Numbered from the whole stretch's first letter, positions 27,337 through 40,121 are shown. The stretch is 63,522 nt of DNA, filler included, from Octopus bimaculoides (GCF_001194135.2; 3 parts of 3 records of this genome joined end to end with filler, not necessarily neighbours in it), one strand, 5' to 3'. Notes: generated by a model from the letters alone, not told the origin. Numbers and translations are program-made.

Positions 27337-27996
27337 TCAGTTCCAACCACCACCTGGTTTGCTATGCTGACCCCAGCCACCTGCCTGTGCTGAGCCGCTG
27401 TCTGAGGTCTGGCCGCCCCAACCAAGGAAGCTATTGTTATTAGCACCTTGACCACTAGTATTAAAACTACTTAAGCTCTGATTGCTGTTTTGGTTTGAGG
27501 TATCACCTGCTCCTTGGCCAAGCCCTAAAGGGCCCCATCCACCTTGGCTACTAAGCATGGCCTGAGCAGCAGCCAGCATTGCAGGGTTCAACTGGAAAGC
27601 ACCCAAGTTCAATCCCCCCATATTATTCATATTACTGCCCATATTTTGACCTCCACGTTGGTTTCCCTGTCCCCAACCACCTTGACCATATCCCTGGTTA
27701 TACGGAGGCTGAACTTGATTTTGACCTTTCTTATCTCCAAACTTGTCGTAGTTTTTTGGGACTGCGCTACTGATATGGACACTGATTCCCTTAACAATAT
27801 GGTCCTCCCCACAAAGACTTTGAGCGACTTCTGGATTAGAGAAAGTTACAAATGCAAAAGCTCGAAAAGGCTTGGGAATGAAAACATCAATGACCTCTCC
27901 AAATTTGCCAAAATGGCTACGCAGATCATCAGCGGTCATATCTTCAGTGCATCGACCAATGAAAACTTTGCGATTCATTGTTTGTTGACCTCCATC
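27337..27996 (-). CDS. TARDBP: TDP-43 last coding exon (RRM2 plus Gly/Gln/Asn-rich low-complexity domain, stop codon)
   Basis: Acceptor tttcag then DGGQQTMNRKVFIGRCTEDMTADDLRSHFGKFGEVIDVFIPKPFRAFAFVTF...SLCGEDHIVKGISVHISSAVPK, closely matching human TDP-43 RRM2; tail contains GAFQLNPAMLAAAQAML; TGA at 27339-27337; phase 0 with the preceding exon. Confidence 0.98.
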   Translation of the reverse strand, partial: DGGQQTMNRKVFIGRCTEDMTADDLRSHFGKFGEVIDVFIPKPFRAFAFVTFSNPEVAQSLCGEDHIVKGISVHISSAVPKNYDKFGDKKGQNQVQPPYNQGYGQGGWGQGNQRGGQNMGSNMNNMGGLNLGAFQLNPAMLAAAQAMLSSQGGWGPLGLGQGAGDTSNQNSNQSLSSFNTSGQGANNNSFLGWGGQTSDSGSAQAGGWGQHSKPGGGWN

Positions 27997-28112
27997 CTGA
28001 AATAGAGAAGAAAGAAATCTGTAATAAATTTACATACTTTTTATCTAATGTAAACTAATGGATATTTATGAAATAACAGTTCAAATAGCATTTTGTGAGA
28101 TTATGAAAATAC

Positions 28113-28253
28113 CTTTGAATTTGGGATTCTGACATCACACCATCTTCCATCAATCATGTGCCGTTGGGAAATGCATTTCAACTGAGCCTCATAATCAACA
28201 AAACGAACAAAGCCAAATCCCTTGGACTGGCCACTTTTAAGGTCTTTCTTCAC
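28113..28253 (-). CDS. TARDBP: TDP-43 exon, C-terminal half of RRM1
   Basis: 141 nt, AG/GT flanked, phase 0/0; [47 protein letters not shown] vs human [47 protein letters not shown]; both boundaries match human exon 4. Confidence 0.98.
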
Positions 28254-28424
28254 CTACAAATGTAAGGCAAACCAACATATTAAGTTTCCAGCAATATTTT
28301 TAAAAACTTTACATACTACAATCAAACTTTTTATTACAGAAACCGTTAATAGATATTAAAACATAAATTCTATGAGTTCATTTATTAATAAACTAAATAC
28401 AATGGAGTAAAACAGACAACATAC

Positions 28425-28591
28425 CTGCACCATTAGAAGTTCTCCATATTGAGAGAAGTAATTCCTCAAGTCCTCTTCTGTACTTTTCCATGGCAAACCA
28501 AGCACTATCAAGTCACTACACTTCTGCATATCAAGACGTTTGGTTTTAGCAGTAGGATTTTCTAAGCCATCATCCCCTTTACGCTTGTTAT
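28425..28591 (-). CDS. TARDBP: TDP-43 exon, bipartite NLS plus N-terminal half of RRM1
   Basis: 167 nt, phase 1 acceptor (ttcag|AT AAC AAG CGT AAA), donor CAG|gtatgt; (D)[55 protein letters not shown]; boundaries match human exon 3. Confidence 0.98.
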
Positions 28592-29640
28592 CTGAATTGG
28601 AAAAATAATAGTTTACATAAAAACAAATGAGTAAAACTCAGTTAATTCCCAAAGCACAACTAATAATAAAAATTTACATTAAAATTGAATATATGGCTAA
28701 GATCTTTGCAATTTTTGTTTTACATTCTTTAATAATGCAAATATAACAGTTCTGAAATAGATGAATCAAGCAAATTACAAAATAATAATCTTGAAACTAC
28801 TTTAGTGCACCAAGTTTTGAGAATATTGAACTGTATATGAATTTACAGTACAGACTTTCAAGTGAAATTTATTAAATACCTTAAAATAAAAAGCCCTACA
28901 AAAAGTATGAATTGGTAAAATAATTTTATGACAAATACAATTGATTCTAACACTGACAAAAGGTTATAAACTTCAGAAGATTAGTCAAATTGACCCAATT
29001 ATACAACTGGTACTTGATCACAACAGGTTTTGAACACATTTGTGAAGAACCTCAATAACTACCACAAAGCATTTAATAAACACTAACAATGCTGCCAAAT
29101 CATTCTACTAGACAGAAGTGTCATGAAATAAAAACTAATAATCAAATCACTCCATAAAGAAGAATATTCTCCAGATTAGAATCCAATAACCAATATATAT
29201 CCCAGAGTAAATAAAAATTTAATACATGCACTAACAAACACACATTTATACATACACACCCCACCATCTTCTGCATTATCTTAACATCCACTCTTCTGTG
29301 TATGCACCAGAAGAAAATGATGCTCTTCCTATTACCAACTTTTGAAAATGAACAATTCAATGACCATAGTTTTAGAGTATTGCTAACAAACATCAATGTA
29401 TATAGTAGGATGGTTGCTTTAGTCAAAGCAGGTGGAAATAAACAGACATATATACAACTTCTTAAAGACACCATCATATATACGCTTCTAAATAGCGTAT
29501 CTATGTATGCAATTACCATACCTATGTAAATACAATGTTACCATATATTTATAATAGGATACTGTGTGCACATATATATACACAAACATGCATGTACATA
29601 AATACACAAGCATAGGTACATTGGTACATGATAGCTCACT

Positions 29641-29695
<55 letters not shown>

Positions 29696-29905
29696 GTATG
29701 AGAGAGAGAGAGACAGACGTTTGTATATATCTTGTACACATAGATACATGTATATGTACAAATATACAGACATGCATATATACATGTAGATTTATGCATT
29801 TAATACATAGATATACATACATACACACACACATATATAGGTTAAATAAAATGAGACAACAAAGCCAAATCAGTGTGAAATTTCTAGAACATTTTATAAA
29901 GAGTG

Positions 29906-29953
29906 GTCTTACAGCTGTTTCAGGGATATAAAAGATATCCCATCATCAGAGAC
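29906..29953 (-). ncRNA. Minimal hammerhead ribozyme motif, sense to TARDBP pre-mRNA
   Basis: Minus strand GTCT-CTGATGA-t GGGATAT ctttt ATATCCC t-GAAAC AGCT GTA-AGAC: intact core, 7-bp stem II, palindromic stem III (ACAGCTGT), 4-bp stem I; U-U at the base of stem II is non-canonical. Confidence 0.65.
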
Positions 29954-30167
29954 GATGAGAGTTACATAGAAGGAATTAGTAGAGTTCAATATAAGAAGTT
30001 ATTTTGGAAAGGTATTGGAAGTATAAAGGGATATATAAGAATAAAAATAAAGATATATGTTGGATGTTATTTTCATTCTTATATTTCCCTTTATACTTCC
30101 TATATCTTTCCAAAATAACTTCTTATATTGAACTCTATTATTTCCTTCTAATTAACTATCTCATATC

Positions 30168-30215
30168 ATCTCTGATGATGGGATATCTTTTATATCCCTG
30201 AAACAGCTGTAAGAC
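30168..30215 (+). ncRNA. Minimal hammerhead ribozyme motif, mirror copy
   Basis: CATCT-CTGATGA-t GGGATAT ctttt ATATCCC t-GAAACAGCTGTA-AGAC; core identical to the 29906 copy, stem I only 3 bp. Confidence 0.6.
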
Positions 30216-30412
30216 TACTCTTCTCTTTATAAAATGTCCTAGATACTTCATACTGCATTGGCTTTGTTGTCTCATTTTATTTAACCTATGCACACTCACA
30301 CACGACTCACATTAGACTCCTCACTCATACTATTATTGAACCAGGAGTCTAATAGCGATCCTTCTCTAGCACTTACACAGCCATACCTGCCTTTTGGATC
30401 CCAAAACCTCTC

Positions 30413-30467
<55 letters not shown>

Positions 30468-30621
30468 TACATATGCATACATATACATAGGCATATCTAA
30501 GTGTACATACACATAGGTTTATACATACAAATGTTTTGTACATTTGTACAAACACATACACGTATGAGCATAAGTGTACATACATAAACGTGCATACACA
30601 AATGAACACATGGATGCAACA

Positions 30622-30721
<100 letters not shown>

Positions 30722-32419
30722 CATACATACATGTACACACAGCTACTATAAAGCACTTCGGGCAAGTGTCTTCTGTAGCATAAAGCAACTGATACCATTT
30801 GAGTAGAATAAATAGACAAACTTCATGAAGGTCATCATGCACACACAAAAAGAGAGAGGGGAAAAAGAGAAATATGTACACACATGGTTGTCTTCCCAAA
30901 AGCAGTTAAAAATCAGTTATTTGTTGATATTCCTTGCCAAAAAATCATTATCACATACTGTACTTGGAAAGGGTATAGATTTGCTATACAAGACAAGTAT
31001 CCAGTTGTAATACAATGCTTTAGAATGTTTGTCCACTCAATTGAAATTCACACTTAAAAATACATATACATTATCTAAGTGCAAGCACATATTGTTTCAC
31101 CCAAGTATTTGTGTATGCAATTACACACATACAGAATACACAACTCGTCACTTGAGTATGGCTTTTATTGCAGTGTAGCTAATTACTAAAGAAAGCCTTA
31201 ATATTCACAAGCATCTCTCCATCCCATTTCCAAATGAGTACTCAATCTATCTGGTTTGTAATAGGCCAGAGTGGTGGGTAATCAGGTGACTGAAATGTTT
31301 TCTGAAGTGAGTGTTGCAAATGTTATTTGTTTCACAAAACTCCAAAAACCTTTTCTGAAACATTTCACTAGGGACAAAAACTGGATATCAGCTTCATGTT
31401 GTCAAGCAGTTTGAATTCAAAGTATTTTTGAAAGAAGACCGAGAAAAATCTAAGATAATATGTGGCAAACAAAAACTACGTATATGATTATGAATAAGAT
31501 ATTTCTATTTCCGAAAGTGAAACAATGCTAACAGTTCCAATAATGATAAAAGAAAAGTTAATTTACACCTGAATATAAGAATTCAAAAACTTCAGTTATT
31601 TTTAAGAAAATATATGTAGCCAGTGTCTCCAAAGGAAACAAAACCATTAGATTCTTTTTCACATTTTTCTTTGAAGCAATTACTGTGGAAACTAATCATT
31701 TTTCAGAACATAAAGAGAAAAGGCAGTTTGAAGTTTCCACATGCTTGGAAGAAAGTGAGAAAACAGATAATTTTGAGGAATTGTGTGTGTGTGCACGTGT
31801 ACATATATAAATTTGATTAATAAACATTTTTTTTTCAAATTTACTTCATTATCTTTATATGTTACATGTGTGACAAATTTCGATTAATTTGTATTACAAA
31901 TCATTAAATGGGTTTGTTTATATTTGTGTATGTGTGAGTTTATTCCATTTAGTTAATGACATCTATTTCATTTCCTAGTTTTCTTCAAAGACAAACTCCA
32001 GTATTTGTTCTGCTTTACCTTTCTTATGTTCAATCAGGTTTGACCAATAGATAATCCAGTAATTTGCACAATTTCTCTATATTAAAATGTTGTCTAAGGA
32101 GAGTCATTATGCCAATATTAACATGTGCACTGGTTCAATTCCACTCCTTTATTCTTAGTCAATTGGTTAAATATCCAACTAACTAATCGATTGTTTGTTT
32201 AATTTGGTTAAACACTCATTTGTTTTGTTTTTGTTTGTCAAAGCTCTTTCGTTGATACTTGTAACCTTTTCAATGGCTTTTAAATTTGGTTTCAGTCTGA
32301 TTTGGCTTGATCTCTTATGGCTGAATGCCCTTCTTAACACCAACCACTTTACAGTGTGTGCTGGGTGCTTTTAACATACCACTGGCACAGTATGCATATG
32401 CCTATCTACAACTATACAC

Positions 32420-32720
32420 ACACACATTGTATGATGCTCGTTTAGAATCTGCAATGCTATATGGTGGTTGAGAATTTGGGCCTGAATGCAGGCCCTGCAA
32501 AGACTGGAAAGAAATGAAGCAAACATTCTGTTGGGTCTGCAGTGCCAGAGTGCATGAACAACAATACAACTGTGCTGAGAGAAACTAGGAATAACAGGAA
32601 TCAGATTTAGTGTGCAAGAGAAACAAGTACAGTGGTTTTGATTCATAATGTATACAGTAATGGCTTATTATATAACAAGGGCCAATCACAGTAGATGGAA
32701 CTTGTGGAAGATGTAGAATG
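32420..32720 (+). mobile_element. Decayed RTE C-terminal fragment
   Basis: YDARLESAML and gaacttgtggaagatgtagaatgagg segments align by eye with 3660-4060. Confidence 0.6.
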
Positions 32721-33609
32721 AGGAGATAAAGGCCAATCTCAGGATCCTGAGCCTCATGAAGGATATGACAAAGGATCAACATGATTGGCTGTATGTAGTG
32801 TTCAAGACCCATCCAGCTATGCTAGCACTACATGATCTGGAGTTCAAAAAGCATAATGCACACAAGTTCTGGAAGCAATGTTTATGCACACAAGTGGGTC
32901 ACTCACCAAATGTCCTTAACATGTCGAACTGCAGACTCTACACAACTGGGTCCCTCCCTCAAGTCACTTCTCATTGACATTCACCCCTCATTCTTACCAT
33001 CATTACTCTCCCACTGATGATTATCATCTACTTTATACTAGTTTAAATCTTACCACACTCTTGCAATCATACCACCCACTCTCCTGATTCTTCCATTCTC
33101 CTTCTTGGACAAGCTGCCTCGAGGATAGATTCAGTCACTTCATTACCACTAGTTATTTCTCTTAACTGCATCATTTCAGTTACCCCCACACACCTACATA
33201 AAATCTGAGGTATTCATTTATGTCCTCAATAAACTTCCAACCATTCTTCCCACCATATTTTAACCTTTCAAATTCTTACATAAAGCACATACTGTATCTC
33301 CTCAACTCCTCAGCCAATGGGGCTTTAGTCTTAAAAGTTACATGGTCATATCCTTAGTGCTGACGCCATAAAAAGAGCACCCACACCCAGCAAAGTAGGA
33401 TGGGCACCTAACTGTAGAAATTATGCCAAAACTAAGACACTGGAGCAAGATATATTTCTCCAACCTGCAGAATCCGCTTAAAACATCCCATCGCTTAGCA
33501 TAAAAAATATATATATATATATATATACTGAAACATGCATGTGTATGAAGATTCATATATATATATNNNNNNNNNNTATATACTGAAACATGCATGTGTA
33601 TGAAGATTC

Positions 33610-33641
<32 letters not shown>

Positions 33642-34372
33642 TGTATATCGTTTTACTGTCCAATTTTCTATGTTCTCATGGGTTGGATGGAATTAGTTGA
33701 AGTGGATTTTTCTGCAAACAGATGAATTCCTAGCACCAAGCCTCAGCTGTTTCTAAGCAAGGTAATATTTTCCCATGACCAGACATGTTTTCAAAGATTG
33801 AAAACAGCATCACAGTAACACTTGTTTATAATTACCACAGTCAAGGAAAGGATACAGTAACACTAACACACATGCGCACATACAACTGATTGTAGTTAGT
33901 GTGTAAACACGCACATGGCTGAATTCTTTCAGTTTCTGTCTGCCAAACTTACTCAGGCTTTAGCAAGCCTAGAGCTATAGTAGAAGACATTTGCCCAAGG
34001 TGCCATGAAGTGGGACTGAACACAAAACCAACACAGGCCTGTCTGTGTATACACATATATGCATTAGGTGTGTGTTTGCCCTGGAAATAGTTCATCAGCA
34101 TGTAAGAAATTTCTTCCTCTACAGATAAACAATTAACGATTTAGGGTAAAGAAAGAAAAGAAAAATGAAATGTCTTAAACTATGAATTTTTTTTTTATGA
34201 AACTTCAACTTTGTCCAACCAAGAAGAGGTTCTCTCCCCTTAAATAGTAAATTCATCAGAGGCTAAGAGTGTTACTTTCCAAAACCCCCCACGATAGGTG
34301 AAAATCCGAAGTAGAAACAGTACTGTATATTTTTTTTTATTATTTTTAAAATTAGAATATATATATATATTA

Positions 34373-36021
34373 CTAGCAGTATAACCCGACCTTGTCCGGG
34401 TGTGACTTATTACGCCATCTACTATAAGTCTTGCTAGCTGAAAATCAACTAAAAAAGAAAGCCTTACAACGAAAAAACTCTTATGATGTAAATATGTTCA
34501 TAATTCAAAAGACGATAAAATTAATAGGGAAAGTCTGAAGGCTGTTTTGCATAACATTATTAAGCGTACGTAAATTTCATCCGTCTAATTGGCTGTAGAA
34601 ATACTTGTGCAAAACAAACTTTTTGCGCTGCCCTGATTATACATAGCAGGGTAATCCCTTTTAGCAGGAGGTAGGATNNNNNNNNNNNNNNNNNNNNNNN
34701 NNNNNNNNNNNNNNNNNNNNNNNNNNNNNNNNNNNNNNNNNNNNNNNNNNNNNNNNNNNNNNNNNNNNNNNNNNNNNNNNNNNNNNNNNNNNNNNNNNNN
34801 NNNNNNNNNNNNNNNNNNNNNNNNNNNNNNNNNNNNNNNNNNNNNNNNNNNNNNNNNNNNNNNNNNNNNNNNNNNNNNNNNNNNNNNNNNNNNNNNNNNN
34901 NNNNNNNNNNNNNNNNNNNNNNNNNNNNNNNNNNNNNNNNNNNNNNNNNNNNNNNNNNNNNNNNNNNNNNNNNNNNNNNNNNNNNNNNNNNNNNNNNNNN
35001 NNNNNNNNNNNNNNNNNNNNNNNNNNNNNNNNNNNNNNNNNNNNNNNNNNNNNNNNNNNNNNNNNNNNNNNNNNNNNNNNNNNNNNNNNNNNNNNNNNNN
35101 NNNNNGAACATGAGTTATATTGTAGTCAATGATTGTGTGTACAGGTAGAAGGGAAGAAATATAAAAGTTCCTAGAAATAACAGCCAAATCTCCCTTAAAT
35201 CACACAAAGTAAACGGAATTTTAAAATGTTTACATCAATGGAATTTTTTCGATGTGAACTTTCCAGTGCAGTAATTATGCGCTCAACATATAATTTAGAG
35301 AGTAAGAGTAAAAGAGGGGAGAGAGAGAGTGATACATAAACCCCAACACTAACACCCTAATGAAAATCGTGGTATATTTACAAAACATGTAGTGAATGTT
35401 TTGTGAGAGAGAAGAGGGAGAGAGGAAGAGAGAGAGAGGGGGGGAGAAAGGAATAGAGATGGTAGCAATGAAGAGAGAGAAAGGGAGACCGGAAGACAGT
35501 TATAAAATAGCAATGCGTGCACGTGTTTATATAAGAAACACAGAAACTAAATCTTATATCTATAATGTTGAATTGTGTATGTGTTTATGTGTATGTTGTT
35601 GTCACAGATCACGTATGTGTGGTCGTGTGTGTTTTTAAGTTTCTATGTTATGAAAAATATGTTAGAGGTAGAGGAAAGGTATTAAATGAGAGAGAGGAAG
35701 AAGAAGAGTGTAAAATGTAACCAAGTTAATCTATGACTTTGAATGTATCACTTTCTCTCTCTCTCTCCCTCTTTTACTCTTACTCTCTATAACAACGCCG
35801 GTACAGGGAGAAGGGAAAGAATATAAAAGTTGCTAGAAACAACAGCCAAATCTCCCTTAAATCACACAAAGTAAAAGGAATTTTAAAAATCTAATTACTG
35901 CACTGGAAAGTTCACATCGAGAAAATTCCATTGATGTAAAAAATTTTACGAAAATGTGGATTTCTATAAACTTTTAAAAAGGCTTCACACAGACACACAA
36001 CTTCAGCTTTATATATTAAGA
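34373..36021 (-). mobile_element. Non-autonomous Helitron, both termini present
   Basis: Minus strand A|TCTTAATATAT... 5' end and cccggacaaggtcggg hairpin, 8 nt, CTAG|T 3' end; no TSD; N gap inside. Confidence 0.8.
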
Positions 36022-37157
36022 TTATAAATGTAAAACACCAGCTTAAATAATAAATGAACCACAATATGGCAAGGGATTACTTTGTGTGTGTGTGTGTATG
36101 TATACACATACTCATATTTAGTGACTCAAGGGCTGAGAGTTTCCTGCATTAGCTTTTATATATACCTATATCCTTAATCTCTCCTGTTCACCTTGTACTT
36201 TCTCACTTAGCTGGGGGAGTCGTGTATTCACCTCTCCAACAAGACAACTCTTCTCATACTTCAATCATATTTTCACTTTCAATACTACCACACCCAGTTG
36301 AGGGGACTAGTCTTTGAAGTAATTAATGACCTCACTAGTACCCTCCTCCACTACCCTCCAAAAAAGCACCCAGTACACTGTTAAGTGGTTGACATTAGGA
36401 AGGGCATCAACCGATAGAAACCATGCCAAAGCAGACACTGTCCAACCATGCCAACATGGAAAAAGGGATGTCAAATAATGCTAATTATGCATATTTGTGT
36501 ATGAACATATTACGTATGCATGTGTGTGTGTGTGTATATATATATATATGTATATATATATACTCAACACACTGTACAATTCAGTTCAATCAAGTGAATA
36601 ACCCATTCCAAATTCACACGCAAGTGGTTAACTATTGCAGGCATACTCAACATAATTCTCAGGAATAATCAGCATGCTAGTGTGTGAAACAAGGTTGTGC
36701 CTTTCAAATTACTGGTACAATCCACACAATTCTGTCAATCCACTTTCTTTTACGAGATTCAGTTTAAACTGAGGTTACAGAAAATGATATCTCTAAGATG
36801 CCAAGGACTGAATTAAAGTTAGGATTTTGTGGTTATGAAGGGAACTTCTTAACCATTTGGCTTTATGGTGTATAAACATAAATGAATATGTATTTTTACC
36901 TTATGTGTGTATGCTTGTATATGTGTATATATCATCATCATCATCGTTTAACGTCCGCTTTCCATGCTAGCATGGGTTGGACGATTTGACTGAGGACTGG
37001 TGAAACCGGATGGCAACACCAGGCTCCAATCTAATTTGGCAGAGTTTCTACAGCTGGATGCCCTTCCTAATGCCAACCACTCAGAGAGTGTAGTGGGTGT
37101 TTTTACGTGTAACCCGCACGAAAACGGCCACGTTCGAAATGGTGTCTTTTATGTGCC

Positions 37158-37257
37158 NNNNNNNNNNNNNNNNNNNNNNNNNNNNNNNNNNNNNNNNNNN
37201 NTTAATTAATTAANNNNNNNNNNNNNNNNNNNNNNNNNNNNNNNNNNNNNNNNNNNN
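37158..37257. other. Scaffold join of unknown true size (N-TTAATTAATTAA-N linker)
   Basis: 100-bp block with a central stop-in-all-frames linker, flanked by oppositely oriented copies of the same repeat; identical linker at 14463-14562. Confidence 0.9.
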
Positions 37258-37615
37258 TACATTGGACCTCACCGAGGCGATGACTACTGACCGAGACCTT
37301 TGGAAATGTGCTGTGCGTGAGAAGACCCGGCAAGCCAAGTGAGATCGTTGCCAGTGCCCCTGGACTGGCTCTTGTGCGGGTGGCACATAAAAGACACCAT
37401 TTCGAGCGTGGCCATTGCCAGTATCGCCTGACTGGCCTTCGTGCGGGTGACACGTAAAAGCACCTACTACACTCTCTGAGTGGTTGGCGTTAGGAAGGGC
37501 ATCCAGCTGTAGAAACTCTGCCAAATTTAGATTGGAGCCTGGTGTTGCCATCCGGTTTCACCAGTCCTCAGTCAAATCGTCCAACCCATGCTAGCATGGA
37601 AAGCGGACGTTAAAC

Positions 37616-37648
<33 letters not shown>

Positions 37649-37650
37649 TT
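37258..37650 (+). mobile_element. RTE LINE 3' end of the young (GAT)n-tailed family
   Basis: LDLTEAMTTDRDLWKCAVREKTRQAK* runs into the shared UTR ending gcatggaaagcggacgttaaac(gat)n, showing that the short copies are RTE 3' ends. Confidence 0.85.
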
Positions 37651-37908
37651 GTTGCTATAAATGAAAATTGACATAGGACATGTACAAAAATGCCTTTTCT
37701 TTGTATGGTTTTGTTTTTTGAGGGGAGACATCACATCACAGACCAATCTTCCTCTTCTAAGTTTAAAGCAGATCATGCCTTCTTCAAGAAATTAAAGAAA
37801 CACTGATGAACCAGGAGGCTGAAATTGTAACTAACTGAACATATCTTTTGTGGAGCAATGATTAGCATGGAAGTTCAAAATATCATATCAATGCATTATC
37901 TGACTTAC

Positions 37909-38038
37909 AGATCTGATATTTCGAGTCCAAATCTGGCTGCACTGGCCTTGGCAAATTGGGCAGGGTCGGCTGAGTGAGTAGCCACCACATTCACAGCAGT
38001 TGTCAGAGTAAGAATTATTAAACCAGCATTCTCTACAT
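37909..38038 (-). CDS. Pino: Pinocchio-like Cys-rich protein, internal exon
   Basis: 130 nt, atttcag acceptor, TCT|gtaagt donor; (L)[43 protein letters not shown] fits the motif I recall for Drosophila Pinocchio (C..C...W....S.DC.ECGGY.L.RPCP.C.G.C...W.R); this is a different frame from the ORF-track entry. Confidence 0.8.
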
Positions 38039-38160
38039 CTGAAATGATAGCAGAAATTAATGAGGTGTTACATAAAAAGAGGGATAGAGGATAGTACATA
38101 AGAGATGGTAGATAATAAAGTTTAAAGATAAATATTTCTCAATCATGAGAATCTACAGAT

Positions 38161-38901
38161 TACAGGGTGTTCAGGTTAAATTTAACAGCTTTCAAAATAG
38201 GTAAAAAAAAACACAAAATCCCATCCAAATATAAAAGTAATCTTTTAAAAATCAAAAAGTATCAACTAGACTATGGATGAGAGATAACAGTTTACTCAGA
38301 GTAGCCACCCTCAGCTTCCACAGCTCAAGACAGCTCCAAAACCTGGCACATAAATTTCTCACTATGTCCCTTCTTGATCTTGGGCACCAGCTCAGGCTTG
38401 GTAATGCAGGCAGAGCAGTTGATGCCTTTCTCAACTACACTCCACACATAGTAATCCATGGGATTACAATCAAACAAATTAGGAGGCCAGAAACTGAGAT
38501 TGGTGAAGTCATAGAAATTCTCTAACAACCACATCTGACTCTTTCTGGATGTATGGCAAAAAAGCCAAATCCTGTTGCCACACAAATGGCCTTCCAGCAG
38601 CAACCCTCTCCAGCCAGGGTTTGACTATAGTCTCCAGCAGTTTCACATGACCATCTGAATTGAGCTTAAGACCCTGTTCAAAGAAGTAGCAGCAGTCATA
38701 ATGTCAGCATTTTGATACCCACTGTGAATCATCATGATATAGGTAACTCTTTGTCAATATTCAGATAGCTTCCATGTCAACTAAGTTTTTCTCAACTCTT
38801 TATGCACTCCAATGACACTGAGTGTTCACCAATACATCAAGCTGTTCCTGAAAAAAAAAGGAGACATAAAACATCATCAAATTTAGCCCAAACACCCTGT
38901 A
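38161..38901 (-). mobile_element. Tc1/mariner deletion derivative with TIRs
   Basis: TA-CAGGGTGTT..TAAATTT inverted ends; internal FWPPNLFDCNPMDYYVWSVVEK resembles WPPNSPDLNPLDY. Confidence 0.8.
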
Positions 38902-40121
38902 AGTGCTCATTTCTGAGTTTTCCCATCATTAAATAAGTGAGAAAGAATTTTTCCAGAATAAAATCAAAGCCTAGTTGGAGGTAAATTTTCTAATAGGAAG
39001 AACTCAAGTCTGCATTGCAAGCCACTGAAGTAATCCACAAATTTTAGAGTGACTACAGAAGTAAATGACACCATTCCATTAAAGCTAGGCAAATAAGTTT
39101 TTGAAGATTAAGCATCTTATCAAGAGACATCCTATATCAGCAGAAGAACCTAAAAATACTGCGTCATCTGGAACTCATCTGCTCATCACAGAGAATTGAA
39201 ATCAAATTAAATCCTGTAGTTTACATTGCTCAAAGGGCACATTGTTTGCACATTAAATTAACAGCACATGTAAACCTCTGTAAGTCAATTAGGATGAAAA
39301 GATTCCAGATGTCCTTAAGTTCTTAACCAATGGAGGCCTTCCCACATCAAATAGTACAAATGATAGATACTCCCACAAAAGTTGAAAGGAGTGTTCCAAA
39401 TATACTTTGAAAGTGATACCACCACAATTACATCTTCCACGACTTTTTTCTTTATGCACAATAAATGAGAGGGAGAAAAAGAGAGAGAGGACAGGGAGGA
39501 CATTTTCACCTCTGTTTTGAAATTAAGATATTAAACCACAATATATTTAACATGTCACCTTTATGATGTACTTTTAAATGCTTCTCAGCCTAATAAACTT
39601 ATGAAGCACAAATTCCCAACAACATGGCTGGTTTGTTAGGAGATGGTATTTAAGTGTAAAATGCTTACATCATCAATTCAAACAAATATCTACCAATACT
39701 GAACCAAACATATTTTCCAATAGTTTTGTCATCTTATTTGTTACTTACCTTTTTTCCAATTGTATGGATTGATGGATGTGGCTGAGTATCTGTGCAAATT
39801 GAACTGTTTACCTGACATGGTTTCAATCCTTAGTGCTGACAATTTCACTTAACTTACATTGTTAGTATTAAAAATTAAACCACATCCAATCTCACTTTCC
39901 TGACAGTTATAAAGCCTTGTATCTACGTAAGAATTCATTATCCTTTAAGTGGAAGGTAGGGTCTAATAATAACTTTAGATGTCAGCAAGCATATCAGAAG
40001 AGCCACAACTAGTTGAATCAATCAAAGCTGATGTCAAACTCCAAGGTAAATATCTCAGTATTTATTCTATATGTATTGCATTTGTGTCAAAGACACTGAA
40101 CTCCTAATCACTGCTAGTCTG

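Larger units (their letters stand above)
29837..30289. mobile_element. ORF-less foldback (inverted Penelope-like pseudo-LTR pair) upstream of the recovered TARDBP exons, presumed intronic
   Basis: About 220-bp inverted arms starting ataggttaaataaaatgagacaacaaagcc and ending ggctttgttgtctcattttatttaacctat, roughly 85-90% identical by eye, short loop near 30055. Confidence 0.8.

Noticed and set aside
27544-28005. 153-aa plus-strand ORF
   Set aside because: Antisense shadow of the TARDBP last exon; no independent signal
31623-31820. Open frames with exon-like composition upstream of TARDBP
   Set aside because: No TDP-43 N-terminal or Pinocchio C-terminal motifs and no convincing splice pair
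34678-35105. 428-N gap as the hiding place of the missing TARDBP and pinocchio exons
   Set aside because: Both flanks are Helitron sequence that is contiguous in the 48 kb copy, so the gap is mostly explained by that repeat
37800-37835. CTGATGA...GAAA as another hammerhead
   Set aside because: No convincing stems I, II or III
37905-38099. ORF-track peptide ...ISAIISDVENAGLIILTLTTAV...
   Set aside because: Wrong frame; splice phase and the Cys motif support the CRECWF frame
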